The translations under genes were made by a program, and so were the position numbers. The notes beneath the pieces were generated by a model. It made no database searches. It was not told where the DNA came from and saw only the letters and a program-made list of their open reading frames with translations. From Deinococcales bacterium (GTDB lineage: Bacteria > Deinococcota > Deinococci > Deinococcales > JAAFIG01): DNA of 61,903 nt. The stretch is taken from the NCBI GenBank assembly GCA_031414595.1, contig JANNVX010000011.1, forward strand, positions 1 through 61,903, read 5' to 3'. This document shows, one piece after another, positions 18,245 through 28,151 of the stretch. Each line of letters begins with the position of its first letter. The first letter of the stretch is position 1.

Positions 18245-19702
18245 TCACATCGCATGGGTTGAGTCTTGTATAATCTTTGCCCAAGCTGCTAAATAATCCA
18301 CCGTCCAGTGCATCAGTTTTTGCACACTACCAACCGTAAAATACTCATCTGGGGCATGAGCGCGGTCGCCATGTCCTGTACCAGCAATCGAAAACGGAAT
18401 CTGTTTGCCAAGGGTGGTTAATAAACTGGCAGGACAGCAATTATTAGCGATTGCCCAAACCGAAATTGGCACATCATGGGCAGCCCCAACCACTCGAGCC
18501 GCTTGCAGCAGTGTGTCATCGGCTTCGGGTAGGGCGGCGGCGGCGCTGTAGCCACGTAATTGCCGCAGTTTGACCATGTTGTGACCGCGTGTGTTCAGGT
18601 GTTCCTGCACCAAATCGGCAACTTCTTCGGGCGTGACTCCGGGCGGAAAACGAATATCCACTTTGGCTCGAGCCTTGCCGGGCATATTGGTGTAGTAAAC
18701 ATCATCTTGGTAGCCACCCTGCACCCCTTGAACGTTGATGGTGGCAGCCAGCATATAGTGCGCCAAATGGTCAGACAGGCGCTTGCCCCCTAAGAATTTT
18801 TTAACATTCAGGTTGTGCAGCATATTGGCTTCCCATTGCGGGTTATCTGTAAACAATTGCTCGAGTTGCCGCACTTCAGGGCTGTCTGGTTGTACTGGTA
18901 GCTCGAGGCGTTCGCTCAGACCATCTACGGTTAGGCGCTGCTCGTCGGTGAAAAGCGTTCCTAAAGCCTTAATCAGGCGCATTAAGGGTGCATCTATCCA
19001 AGCACTGTTTCCCGCCCAGACATGGCGCGAGTCGGCTGTGCCGCCCCACTCGCCACCGTTGCACTCGAGGGTTGCAAAGAGTGTTCCCTTAAAGGCACGG
19101 CGTAGGGTCATTGTGCCAGCACTATTCTGCTGCATACACGGCAGCCATGCACCTTGTGCCTTCTCGAGCAATTCACGGTGCTGTTCGACAAAAGCCGCCA
19201 TGCTGGGGCTGCCAATTTCTTCTTCGCCTTCGATTAAGTAAATTAAGTTGACTGGCATTTCAGTGCCGCTCTCGAGGATTGCGGCAACGCCAAGCATACT
19301 AGCCAGCACAGGACCTTTATGGTTATTTGCGCCACGCCCAACCACAATCTGTCCGAGGTGTGGCAGTAACCCAAGGTCGGCAGCTTCGACAATTCGCGCC
19401 TCGAGCGGCGGCACAGACCATTCTTCTTCCCATGTCGGGGTGATGTCGTACAAGCCGTAGACCAAGAGCCACGGCGCATTTTCTAAACTCGAGCGGACTG
19501 TCCCCATCACCATTGGATGCCCAGCCGTTGGGTAAACCGCCGCATCTGGGGCGATGCGTTGCAACAGATTCTTGGCGTATTCTGCGCCTTCAAGCATTCC
19601 CATGCCCGTATCCGAAAAGCTGGGAATGCGAATCCAATCGCGTACTGCCTCGAGTGATTCGCCTGCTCGAGAAGTAATCAGGTCGTGAATATCTTGGTTC
19701 AT
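18245..19702 (-). CDS. M20/M25/M40 metallo-hydrolase with atypical metal ligands
   Basis: EGEEEIGS, GRGANNHKG, C-terminal AHAPDE. Confidence 0.85.
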   Translation of the reverse strand: MNQDIHDLITSRAGESLEAVRDWIRIPSFSDTGMGMLEGAEYAKNLLQRIAPDAAVYPTAGHPMVMGTVRSSLENAPWLLVYGLYDITPTWEEEWSVPPLEARIVEAADLGLLPHLGQIVVGRGANNHKGPVLASMLGVAAILESGTEMPVNLIYLIEGEEEIGSPSMAAFVEQHRELLEKAQGAWLPCMQQNSAGTMTLRRAFKGTLFATLECNGGEWGGTADSRHVWAGNSAWIDAPLMRLIKALGTLFTDEQRLTVDGLSERLELPVQPDSPEVRQLEQLFTDNPQWEANMLHNLNVKKFLGGKRLSDHLAHYMLAATINVQGVQGGYQDDVYYTNMPGKARAKVDIRFPPGVTPEEVADLVQEHLNTRGHNMVKLRQLRGYSAAAALPEADDTLLQAARVVGAAHDVPISVWAIANNCCPASLLTTLGKQIPFSIAGTGHGDRAHAPDEYFTVGSVQKLMHWTVDYLAAWAKIIQDSTHAM

Positions 19703-20874
19703 CGTTCCTCGAGTGCAGCAAAACCAGCTTCAAGGTCTGCCCATAGGTCTTCGGTATGCTCAAGTCCGATGTTTAACCGAATCAGATTTTTGGGAATATC
19801 AAAGCGCACAAATGGATTGAGCGTATCACGCCTCTGAAAACCCAGCACCGCAGGAAAAACCAGACTTTCATGTCCGCCCCAACTGACCCCAAGCTTAAAA
19901 TACTCGAGCCGATTAACAAAACGCTTAATACCGTCAATATCGGCATCAATTTCAAAACTAAATAAGCCACTCGTGCCACCTAACCGCGAAGCAAGTTGGT
20001 TCTGGGCAAAACTGGCTAAACCAGGGTGATTGACTCGAGTCACACTTTTATGGGTTTCTAAACGAGAAGCAATTTCCAAGGCACTGCGCTGATGGGCTGC
20101 CATTCGCAAAGGCAGGGTTCGTAAGCCACGCAGCAACAACCAAGCCTCGAACGGGGAGAGCTTTCCGCCCAGAACGGTGTACTCGAGCGAATTGATGCGT
20201 TTAATATCGCTACTGCGCCCGACCAGCACCCCTGCCACGGTATCCGAATGCCCCCCAATGTACTTAGAAGCACTATGCAGCACCATGTCTATGCCAAGCT
20301 CGAGCGGACGCTGGAAAATCGGGGTTGCCCAAGAATTGTCTATGATCGTAAAAATACCGTATTGTTTGGCGAGCGCTGCCACTGCGCTTAAATCCTGCAA
20401 ATGAAAAAGCAAACTACTTGGACTCTCGAGGTAGAGTAAACTAGCGTTTGGCAAGGCTTTTTCTATTACCGCTAAGTCGCGTCCGTCCACAAATTCAACT
20501 TTTATGCCGTAACGCGGCGCGAGTTGAGTCAGGAACTTAAACGTGTCAGGGTAACAATTTTCAACACAAACCACTTTTGAGCCTGTCTTAACCTGCGCCA
20601 GAATCGCGGTGCTGATGGCTGCCATGCCGCTCGAGAAGGCTCTAGCTTGTTCACCACCCTCGAGTTCGGCGATTTTTTGCTCGAAAACCTCGACACTGGG
20701 GTTGTTGCCTCGAGAATAAAAATGATGACTGTCGGGGTCTACAAAAGCTGACTCCATCTGGTCGAAGGATTCAAAGGTAAACAACGAAGTCTGGTAAATT
20801 GGTGGTACAACCGCCCCAAACGAATAACTCGAGTCATGCGCCAAGATGGTACTTGGATGGCGAGATTTAGCCAT
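19699..20874 (-). CDS. PLP-dependent Cys/Met metabolism (trans-sulfuration family) lyase
   Basis: VVPPIYQTS, YSRGNNP, FSSGMAA, IDNSWATP, SASKYIGGHSD, GVSWGG. Confidence 0.88.
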   Translation of the reverse strand: MAKSRHPSTILAHDSSYSFGAVVPPIYQTSLFTFESFDQMESAFVDPDSHHFYSRGNNPSVEVFEQKIAELEGGEQARAFSSGMAAISTAILAQVKTGSKVVCVENCYPDTFKFLTQLAPRYGIKVEFVDGRDLAVIEKALPNASLLYLESPSSLLFHLQDLSAVAALAKQYGIFTIIDNSWATPIFQRPLELGIDMVLHSASKYIGGHSDTVAGVLVGRSSDIKRINSLEYTVLGGKLSPFEAWLLLRGLRTLPLRMAAHQRSALEIASRLETHKSVTRVNHPGLASFAQNQLASRLGGTSGLFSFEIDADIDGIKRFVNRLEYFKLGVSWGGHESLVFPAVLGFQRRDTLNPFVRFDIPKNLIRLNIGLEHTEDLWADLEAGFAALEER

Positions 20875-20876
20875 GT

Positions 20877-21941
20877 TTACGAGCTTGCCTCGGCACTTGG
20901 GGCGTGCAACTGACGCAGCAGGGCGTACTCGTCAAAGACCGTCCACTCACGCACGACCTTACCGCCTTGCAACCATGTGTGTGTCATCCCAAGCAGGCGT
21001 ATCGGACGACCACTGATGGGACCATACGCGCCAGAACCTTCGTGTGTGCCTCGCAGCGTCCAGCGTGTCGCCACGCGCCAGCCGCGTGATGTATTACCGA
21101 GTACCGCAACATGGTCAATGGTTAGGCTCAGGTCAGGAAACTGCGCCAGTAAGCCAAGCACATAGTTCCCGTAATCGCCGTGTCCGTACAGCGCCCGCCC
21201 GCCTGGAACCCAAGCAACCATACCGACAGCAAAGTGTTCGCGCACCAAATTAATCATCCGTGCGTTAAAAATATTGTGCAGCAACGCCCGCACAAAGCCT
21301 TCGGGGTCATCAAAACTGGGTATATCCAGAAATGTTGGCGCAAACTGCCCGAGCTTTTGACCACTCTCGCTGGCGGGCAGCGCGGGGAGCGGTGCGGAAC
21401 TCCGAGCCAGAGCCAATGGATCGTACCCGAGTTGGCGCAGTTCTGCACCCATGTCCGAGGCAATCCATTCTTCATAGATGCGGTTCTCGCATATGGCGCA
21501 GTCGGCGACCACCCACCGTCCAATGCGGCGGTTGGTCGGCGCTCCAAAATCGGTATGACCCGTATTCACGCCGACTGTAAAAATTCGGTGCGAAGTGTAA
21601 AAGCCGCCCTGACCGTCGGCACGCCAGATTACGTCGTCGGCGAACGAGCGGTAATCGCTAAACGCTGCCAGCCGCTTCAAAGTTCCGCGCACCACCGCCT
21701 CCGCGCCATAAGTCAGACCGAGCGTGCTGTGCATTGTGACGTTGCTGGCATAATGCGTGTAGATTAAACCGACAGCCCGTTCTTCCCAGATGCGGTGGGT
21801 GCAGCGCACGATGTAATCCACAATATCAACGTAATGCGCCTCGAAACCCTCGAGCGCTTGGTGTCGTTCTGCGCCAGTTGCTAATGAAAAATCAGAAATA
21901 TCAGGATGATTGGCAAAGTCAAAATTGATTTCGTCACTCAT
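20877..21941 (-). CDS. Double SnoaL/NTF2-like 'ester cyclase' protein
   Basis: DYIVRCTHRIWEE, DDVIW, SHRI, RWTLRGTH, EWTVFDE; paralog of 28148-29260. Confidence 0.8.
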   Translation of the reverse strand: MSDEINFDFANHPDISDFSLATGAERHQALEGFEAHYVDIVDYIVRCTHRIWEERAVGLIYTHYASNVTMHSTLGLTYGAEAVVRGTLKRLAAFSDYRSFADDVIWRADGQGGFYTSHRIFTVGVNTGHTDFGAPTNRRIGRWVVADCAICENRIYEEWIASDMGAELRQLGYDPLALARSSAPLPALPASESGQKLGQFAPTFLDIPSFDDPEGFVRALLHNIFNARMINLVREHFAVGMVAWVPGGRALYGHGDYGNYVLGLLAQFPDLSLTIDHVAVLGNTSRGWRVATRWTLRGTHEGSGAYGPISGRPIRLLGMTHTWLQGGKVVREWTVFDEYALLRQLHAPSAEASS

Positions 21942-22906
21942 TTGTGGTCTCCTAAGTGAGCAAATAAATCCACGCCAAACTGCAAGAATAGATTGGGTAA
22001 ATCAATAATCACCCAGTTTTCGGCTAGTAAATTTTGCTCGCAGCGCCAAAAATCCATAACCCGCATACTGATTTCCTTACCTGTGGCTGGCGTTCCGAGG
22101 TACGTTTCAAGGTGGGTTGCACCTAAACTTGGATAGCCACCCGAAGCCACATAATGCCCCTCGGCAATTAGTCCAATGCGTTTGACACTCGAGAAATTGC
22201 CGCTTCGGTCTGGGAAGGCTTGCAAAAAATGAGCTTGGTGGTACTGCTCAAAACCAGCCAGACCTCTGCCTGTGCCGATACCACTGGGTCCGTACCACAT
22301 CATCTCTGGCGACCAGAAACGGTTCATGCCCATTGAAGCCAATGTTTTTTGGTCGTACTGCCCTAAGCCATTTGCCATGGCAATCACCAAATCACGGCTT
22401 TGCTGACCGATTGCTGGGTCAGTCATTTCAAAGCGCACACCATCGTGGGTGCGTGGCGCTAACACCAGCCCCTCTGCCCCAGCCCCTTGCAGAGGCGAAA
22501 CCCCGACTTGGCGCATCAGGTCTAAAAAATCTAATAAAATATAGGCTTTGCTTACCTTCCCAGCCTCGAGTTTATAAAATTCTCCGTAACGCAACCGCAC
22601 CGCCCCTTGATTGGCTGGAATACCAAACAGGTCTTGGCTAAACGTACCAACATAATGTCCATGTGCTGCCACCAGTAAATCGCCTTTTGGATTTTCGCCA
22701 ACCAGAAAAATATCATCGCGCCGCTCTAAATCTGGCAAACTTTTTTGCAGTGGCTCGAGCCACGAGGTCTGCACGGCTTTGATGCCCACAAGGGTATTGA
22801 TTGGATGTGAAACACAAAACTCAACTTCGGGGGTCAGCATTTGCTCGAGTGAACCAACTGTCAAAGAATGTAACCATGCCCAGAGGCGCTGCTTATGCAC
22901 AATCAT
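21938..22906 (-). CDS. Double SnoaL/NTF2-like 'ester cyclase' protein (second subtype)
   Basis: HPIN, PDLERRDDIF, RYGEF, WYGPSGIG, AFPDR, MRVMDFWR, ENWV; start chosen after an AGGTGG RBS. Confidence 0.8.
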   Translation of the reverse strand: MIVHKQRLWAWLHSLTVGSLEQMLTPEVEFCVSHPINTLVGIKAVQTSWLEPLQKSLPDLERRDDIFLVGENPKGDLLVAAHGHYVGTFSQDLFGIPANQGAVRLRYGEFYKLEAGKVSKAYILLDFLDLMRQVGVSPLQGAGAEGLVLAPRTHDGVRFEMTDPAIGQQSRDLVIAMANGLGQYDQKTLASMGMNRFWSPEMMWYGPSGIGTGRGLAGFEQYHQAHFLQAFPDRSGNFSSVKRIGLIAEGHYVASGGYPSLGATHLETYLGTPATGKEISMRVMDFWRCEQNLLAENWVIIDLPNLFLQFGVDLFAHLGDHK

Positions 22907-22916
22907 GTAAGACCAC

Positions 22917-23759
22917 CTAACCCTTAACCGCACCAGCCGTTAAGCCCTTAATCAAGAATTTTTGTAAGTACAACACAATAATCACCATCGGAATAGCAAT
23001 GCTAATAGCCCCAGCCGCCGAGATGCTCCAATAACGCAAATCCTCTGCGCCAAATTGCGAAATCGCCACGGGCATGGTCACGGCGTTGGTGGCGGTCAGG
23101 ATTAGGGGAATCAGAAATTCGTTATAAGCCAGCAACATACTAAAAATACTAGCGGTCACAATACCGGGTCCCATAATCGGCACAATCACATACCAAAAAG
23201 CCTGAAAGCGGCTGCATCCGTCTACCATGGCGCTTTCCTCGAGCGAATCGGGGATTTCTTGAAAGAAACTACGCAACATCCAGATGGTGAATGGTTGGTT
23301 AATCGCCACCAGCACCAGAATCAAGAGCAGTTGCGTATCGTGCAGACCCGTTAAACGCGCCAAGTAATAAAACGGCAGTAGAAAAGTTAGGCGTGGCAAC
23401 GCTCGAAAAACAAACGCGGCAAATAAAATCCAGAACCCAGCCGCACGGTTGTAACGCGCCAGTCCGTAGCCAGCAAAGCAACCAACCGTAATCGAGATAG
23501 TGACTGTGCCAAGGGTAACAATGGCGCTGTTGATTAAATACTTGCTAAAACCTTCTTCAATCCAAAGCGTTTGGTAGGCCACCAACGTTGGCTTAAAAAC
23601 CCAGACGGGCGGTAGCGCAAAGGCATCCACGACTTCTTTGATGCTGATTAAAAAAGTCCAGAAGAATGGGAAAATTGCCAGTAACGTCCAGACGGCTAAG
23701 ACCGAATAGGCTATCGCCAAAAAAAGCGCTCGACTCGAGGTGCGGCTATGCGATTTCAT
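22917..23759 (-). CDS. CUT1 carbohydrate ABC permease (MalG-like)
   Basis: EAA loop IPDSLEESAMVDGC; about 6 TM segments. Confidence 0.9.
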   Translation of the reverse strand: MKSHSRTSSRALFLAIAYSVLAVWTLLAIFPFFWTFLISIKEVVDAFALPPVWVFKPTLVAYQTLWIEEGFSKYLINSAIVTLGTVTISITVGCFAGYGLARYNRAAGFWILFAAFVFRALPRLTFLLPFYYLARLTGLHDTQLLLILVLVAINQPFTIWMLRSFFQEIPDSLEESAMVDGCSRFQAFWYVIVPIMGPGIVTASIFSMLLAYNEFLIPLILTATNAVTMPVAISQFGAEDLRYWSISAAGAISIAIPMVIIVLYLQKFLIKGLTAGAVKG

Positions 23760-24613
23760 TTTCTCCCCACAATGTCAAAGTAGGTTTGACGTAAGAACGG
23801 GTACAGCAGGGTAATAATCACGATAACTGCTAAGACAATCGAAGCACTGGCACGTCCAAGCAATTGTTCTTGAAAAGCTACACTGTAGGTGTAATACATG
23901 ATTGTCGCCGTGGCATTACCAGGTCCGCCTTGGGTCATGACCGCCACGCTATCAAAAAGCCTATAAGCATCCATGATATTGACCATACCGATAAAAATAA
24001 AAATCGGGCGCAAGTACGGAATCATTACAAAACGCACCCGTTGCCACCACGTTGCGCCGTCCATAATTGCCGCTTCTATTGGGTCGGCGGGCATGGCTTG
24101 CAACCCAGCGTAAAGCATCAGCATAATAAATGGCACAGCGCCCCAAATGCCGTAACCAATCAGTAAGCCTCGAGCGGCGGTGGCATCGGCGTACCACTGG
24201 ATATTGACCCCGATGTTCGAGAGTAACCACGTGATAAAACCCCTGTCCTTAAAAAGCCAACTAACTGCCAGTGTTCCAACCACCGGTGTGACAATGTACG
24301 GCACAAGGTACAGACTTATAAAAAAGCGTTTGAGGGCGGTAATTTCGTTCAAAATAAGCGCCAAGCCAAAGCCCAGCATAATCTGAATCGGGATACTGAC
24401 CGCCATATAAAAAAGCGTAAACTGCATGGCAGACCAAAAGCGGCTGTCCTCAAGAATTCGGGTGTAATTAAGAAATCCAATAAATTTAGGGGCAACACCA
24501 AAATTAAAATTAAAAAAACTCAGGTAGATGGTCGTAAAAAGCGGAAAGACCATTAAAACAGTCATGACCACCACACTAGGCGAAACAAATGCCCAGAATT
24601 CTCGAGGTTTCAC
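23756..24613 (-). CDS. CUT1 carbohydrate ABC permease (MalF-like)
   Basis: EAAIMDGATWWQ, MTQGGPGNAT. Confidence 0.9.
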   Translation of the reverse strand: MKPREFWAFVSPSVVVMTVLMVFPLFTTIYLSFFNFNFGVAPKFIGFLNYTRILEDSRFWSAMQFTLFYMAVSIPIQIMLGFGLALILNEITALKRFFISLYLVPYIVTPVVGTLAVSWLFKDRGFITWLLSNIGVNIQWYADATAARGLLIGYGIWGAVPFIMLMLYAGLQAMPADPIEAAIMDGATWWQRVRFVMIPYLRPIFIFIGMVNIMDAYRLFDSVAVMTQGGPGNATATIMYYTYSVAFQEQLLGRASASIVLAVIVIITLLYPFLRQTYFDIVGRK

Positions 24614-24660
24614 AAGGTATCACCTTCTTTTACAAAATATGGTTCTCGAGAGCGTATTTT

Positions 24661-24687
24661 GGGGCAGACTTTTTAATTATCTGCCCC
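24661..24687 (-). terminator. Intercistronic hairpin after the solute-binding protein gene
   Basis: GGGGCAGA-N11-TCTGCCCC. Confidence 0.5.
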
Positions 24688-24696
24688 GTATTTTCA

Positions 24697-26004
24697 TTAC
24701 TTGATAAAGCCTTGAACCCGCATTTCGTCTTCGATCTTTTTGGCAGCCAAATCAAGCGCCGCTTTGAGGTCGGTTTTATTGACCAAAGCCAGACGCAATT
24801 CGTTGCTGAGGATGGTGTTGGCAATACTCTGGTATGGCACTGGGGCGCGCAATGGTACAGCCTGACGGGCGTTGCTGGCGGCAGCCACCCAAGCGCGGTT
24901 TTTGGCGACCAATGTTGGGTTGGTAGCGATGCTATCGCGGCTGACCATCCCAAAATTGGCGGCGTTGAGTTGATTGGTTTTGCCAATCATTTCCATGATG
25001 ATACGAAACGCCAAATCAGAATCAACTTTGCTCGAGGCGGCAATAGCCAGCGCGTCACCCTCAGCGGTGTTTGCACCCAGTCCACCAGCCACCATTTTGA
25101 AGGCTGGAGCGTAATCAATCTTACCAACAACACGGCTGACTTTCTCATCTTCCATTGCCGAAGCCCTGGTAATCCAGATTTTTGAAAGGGCAACATCACC
25201 TTGCTGCAAAGCAACCATTACATCGTCGTTGTTGTAGTTCAGCACGGCGGGTGGCATAAACTCAAGCCAATCACGAATAGCTTGTGCGGCTTTCAAGCCG
25301 TTGGCGTTGTTAAAGACTGGTTTTTTGTTCTTATCAAACCACACGCCGCCGAGCGCAGCATAATTGCTGTGGAATTCTGCACCCAAACCAGTACCGACCA
25401 GGGCTAACGCCATTGGGTACTTGGTTTTACCAGCTTTTTTGAGGGTCTCGAGTCCAGCACTGAGTTCATCTAAAGTCTTGGCAGGCTTGAGGTCAAGTTC
25501 GGCAAAAACATCTTTGCGGAAAAACTGCACTTGGGTGTTGAAATTGACTGGAATAGCAAATTGGCGTACTCCAAGCGTGGTATTGGCAATCAATTTAGTG
25601 CTGATGTCGTCTAAGTTATAGGTGCGCTTATACTTGGCGATTAAGGAATTCAAAGGCAACAACCAGCCTTTAGAACCCCAGTCGGCTACCAAGCGCGGAT
25701 TGACGTGCAGAATCTGGTACGGTGAGCCACCTGTAGCAAGAGCAGTGTTGACTTGGGTTTCGTACTGAGCGGGTTGCAAGAAACTGGATTTAACCGTCAG
25801 GTTCTCTTTGCTACAAGCCTCAGCAGCATTAAAGTAATACTCCATCATTGGAAAACGAAACCCAAAGACGTTAATCGTGGTGGGGCTACTCGGGGCTTTG
25901 ATGTTACAAGTAGCCGCCGTTTGTTGTGCCGAACCCATGCTCAGGGCGGCGGTGATTGCCAGTGTACCAACTGCGAGACTTAGACCGACCAAACGTTTTT
26001 TCAT
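24697..26004 (-). CDS. ABC transporter solute-binding protein (family 1)
   Basis: Signal peptide MKKRLVGLSLAVG, GGAGG RBS, FFRKDVF motif; upstream of the permeases. Confidence 0.88.
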   Translation of the reverse strand: MKKRLVGLSLAVGTLAITAALSMGSAQQTAATCNIKAPSSPTTINVFGFRFPMMEYYFNAAEACSKENLTVKSSFLQPAQYETQVNTALATGGSPYQILHVNPRLVADWGSKGWLLPLNSLIAKYKRTYNLDDISTKLIANTTLGVRQFAIPVNFNTQVQFFRKDVFAELDLKPAKTLDELSAGLETLKKAGKTKYPMALALVGTGLGAEFHSNYAALGGVWFDKNKKPVFNNANGLKAAQAIRDWLEFMPPAVLNYNNDDVMVALQQGDVALSKIWITRASAMEDEKVSRVVGKIDYAPAFKMVAGGLGANTAEGDALAIAASSKVDSDLAFRIIMEMIGKTNQLNAANFGMVSRDSIATNPTLVAKNRAWVAAASNARQAVPLRAPVPYQSIANTILSNELRLALVNKTDLKAALDLAAKKIEDEMRVQGFIK

Positions 26005-26092
26005 ACATTCCTCCAACCTCTGTTACGAGGGTTATAACCTTTTGTAGAGCCTTCTGACTCGAGTGTGACTTGATGATGAACCAGCATTCTAA

Positions 26093-26106
26093 TGCAAGCG
26101 TATGCA
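26093..26106. promoter_or_regulatory. Putative LacI-family operator upstream of the SBP gene
   Basis: TGCAAGCGTATGCA, 12/14 to the palindrome TGCATACGTATGCA; a related site is at 31803. Confidence 0.65.
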
Positions 26107-26124
26107 ATTTGGAAGAGGGTAACT

Positions 26125-27411
26125 TTAATGTTTAGGCAACAACCCTTGTTTTGAAAGCCGAATATCACAAGAAAGCGCGTGACCAAACATTAATTCGGCT
26201 CGAGCCACGGCTGCCGCATGAGGTGCGACCATACGGCTACCTTCGGGGGTACAACGCTGATAGGTAACCGTTTTGGTGAATTTACCGACCCACAAGCCGC
26301 CGGTATAGCGGGCTGCGCCACCCGTTGGTAGGACATGATTTGTGCCGATGGCTTTGTCCGAATAAGCAACTGTGGCTTCGTGACCCAAAAAGACCGAACC
26401 ATAGTTTTGCAAACGTGCCAAAAACCAATCTGGGTCTTGGGTCTGTACCTCGAGATGCTCTGGGGCAAATTGGTCGGATACTTGTACCATCTCATCATCT
26501 GATTCGCAGATAATAATACTGCCACAGTCACGCCAAGCAACTTGGGCGACATCTTTGGTTGGATAATCTTTTAGAATTTTTAAGACCAATTCTTCGACCT
26601 CGAGCGCCAAGCCTCGAGAAGTCGTAATCAGTGTAGCTGGGCTGTTTAAGCCGTGTTCAGCTTGCCCCAGTAAATCTATGGCAACCGTCTGTGGATCGGC
26701 GCTTTCATCAGCAATAATTAAAATATCGGTTGGACCTGCCAATAAATCAATGCCGCAAACCCCAAACAATTGTCGTTTGGCTTCGGCAACATAGGCATTG
26801 CCCGCGCCAACAATCATGTCCACTGGCGCAAGCTCGAGTTCTGGCACACCAAAAGCCATAGCAGCCATCGCCTGAACCCCACCAATGCTATAAATTTCAT
26901 CTGCGCCAGAAGTGTGCATTGTAAAAAGCTGCGCCGCATAAATCCCTTTTGCATCTTTAGGCGGCGCACTTGCCACAACCCGTTTGACCCCCGCTACTTT
27001 AGGCACAACCACGGTCATGGCACTCGAGGCAATTAAAGGATACCGCCCACCGGGACTATAACTACCGACACTCGAGACAGGGATTTGTTTTTGCCCTAAA
27101 TGAATTCCGGGGTGGGTCTCGACTTCAAATTCGGTCAGGGTGGCTTTTTGCAATTGGGCAAAGCGTTTGACTTCGGCTTGCAACCAACCGATGTGATGCT
27201 GCCAGTCGGTTGGAGTCTGTTCGAGAGCATTTTTTATATCTTCTTGAGAAACCCGAAAACTGGGTGGTGACCATTTATCAAAACGTTCGGAGTAACGGCG
27301 CACGGCTGCCAAGCCCTCGGTTTCGACGGCTGAGATAATTTCCGAGACCGTATCCTTAATTTCTTGGGCAACGGCTTTGGGTGTGGGTGGTGGTTTTTTA
27401 ATATATTCCAT
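26125..27411 (-). CDS. Histidinol dehydrogenase paralog (HpsN-like clade)
   Basis: PGGRY, GGVQA, AGPT, QAEH, APEHL, DKAIGTNHVLPT; no his genes nearby; start at MEYIKK after AAGGA. Confidence 0.85.
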   Translation of the reverse strand: MEYIKKPPPTPKAVAQEIKDTVSEIISAVETEGLAAVRRYSERFDKWSPPSFRVSQEDIKNALEQTPTDWQHHIGWLQAEVKRFAQLQKATLTEFEVETHPGIHLGQKQIPVSSVGSYSPGGRYPLIASSAMTVVVPKVAGVKRVVASAPPKDAKGIYAAQLFTMHTSGADEIYSIGGVQAMAAMAFGVPELELAPVDMIVGAGNAYVAEAKRQLFGVCGIDLLAGPTDILIIADESADPQTVAIDLLGQAEHGLNSPATLITTSRGLALEVEELVLKILKDYPTKDVAQVAWRDCGSIIICESDDEMVQVSDQFAPEHLEVQTQDPDWFLARLQNYGSVFLGHEATVAYSDKAIGTNHVLPTGGAARYTGGLWVGKFTKTVTYQRCTPEGSRMVAPHAAAVARAELMFGHALSCDIRLSKQGLLPKH

Positions 27412-27419
27412 GAGTTCCT

Positions 27420-28151
27420 TTAACGGGCAGTCCAACCACCATCTACGAGTAGGCTTGTGCCAGTAATTAAACTGGCTTTGTGGGATGCTAAAAAAGCTAC
27501 AGCGTGCGCCACATCTTCGGGTGTTCCCAAATGACCAAGTGGAATGCTCGAGATAACCGTGTTCTGAAAGTCTGGATTATCAAGCATCGGACGGGTTAAA
27601 TCGGTTTCGATAAAGGTCGGCGCAACACTGACGACCCGAATTTTTTGTGATGCAAGTTCGACTGCTAGGGCTTTGGTTAAACCCTCGAGGGCGTGTTTGC
27701 TGGCACAGTAGACGGTGCGATTTGGCGCACCAACATGACCCATCTGCGAAGTTATATTGATGATTGCGCCGCCCTCGCCATGTTCGAGGATTTTTTGCAC
27801 CGCGATTTGCGTGACAAAAAAAGCACTGCGGACATTGAGGTTAAAAATTTGGTCAAAGTGCGCTTCTGTGACCTCGAGAAACGGCTCTGGGATATTCGTG
27901 CCAACATTATTGACCAGCACATCCAAACGCGGCAGGCTGTGTAGAGCAGGTTTTAATTGCTCGAGATGACTAGCATCGGCTTGCAAAATAAATGTATTGC
28001 GCTTCAAGGCTTGTATTTCGGCAGCCACAACTTCTAACGACTCGAGGGTGCGTCCAATCAGGGCAATATCAAAACCATCAGCAGCCAAGGCTAAAGCACA
28101 TGCCCTGCCGATGCCCTTTGATGCCCCAGTTATAGCCGCAATTTTATTCAT
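27420..28151 (-). CDS. SDR family oxidoreductase
   Basis: TGASKGIG, NNVG, YCASK, VDGGWTAR. Confidence 0.92.
   Translation of the reverse strand: MNKIAAITGASKGIGRACALALAADGFDIALIGRTLESLEVVAAEIQALKRNTFILQADASHLEQLKPALHSLPRLDVLVNNVGTNIPEPFLEVTEAHFDQIFNLNVRSAFFVTQIAVQKILEHGEGGAIINITSQMGHVGAPNRTVYCASKHALEGLTKALAVELASQKIRVVSVAPTFIETDLTRPMLDNPDFQNTVISSIPLGHLGTPEDVAHAVAFLASHKASLITGTSLLVDGGWTAR

Noticed and set aside
26125-27411. Housekeeping hisD, or a confirmed DHPS pathway
   Set aside because: No his genes and no sulfolactate/sulfite genes nearby; the context is catabolic with an unknown substrate
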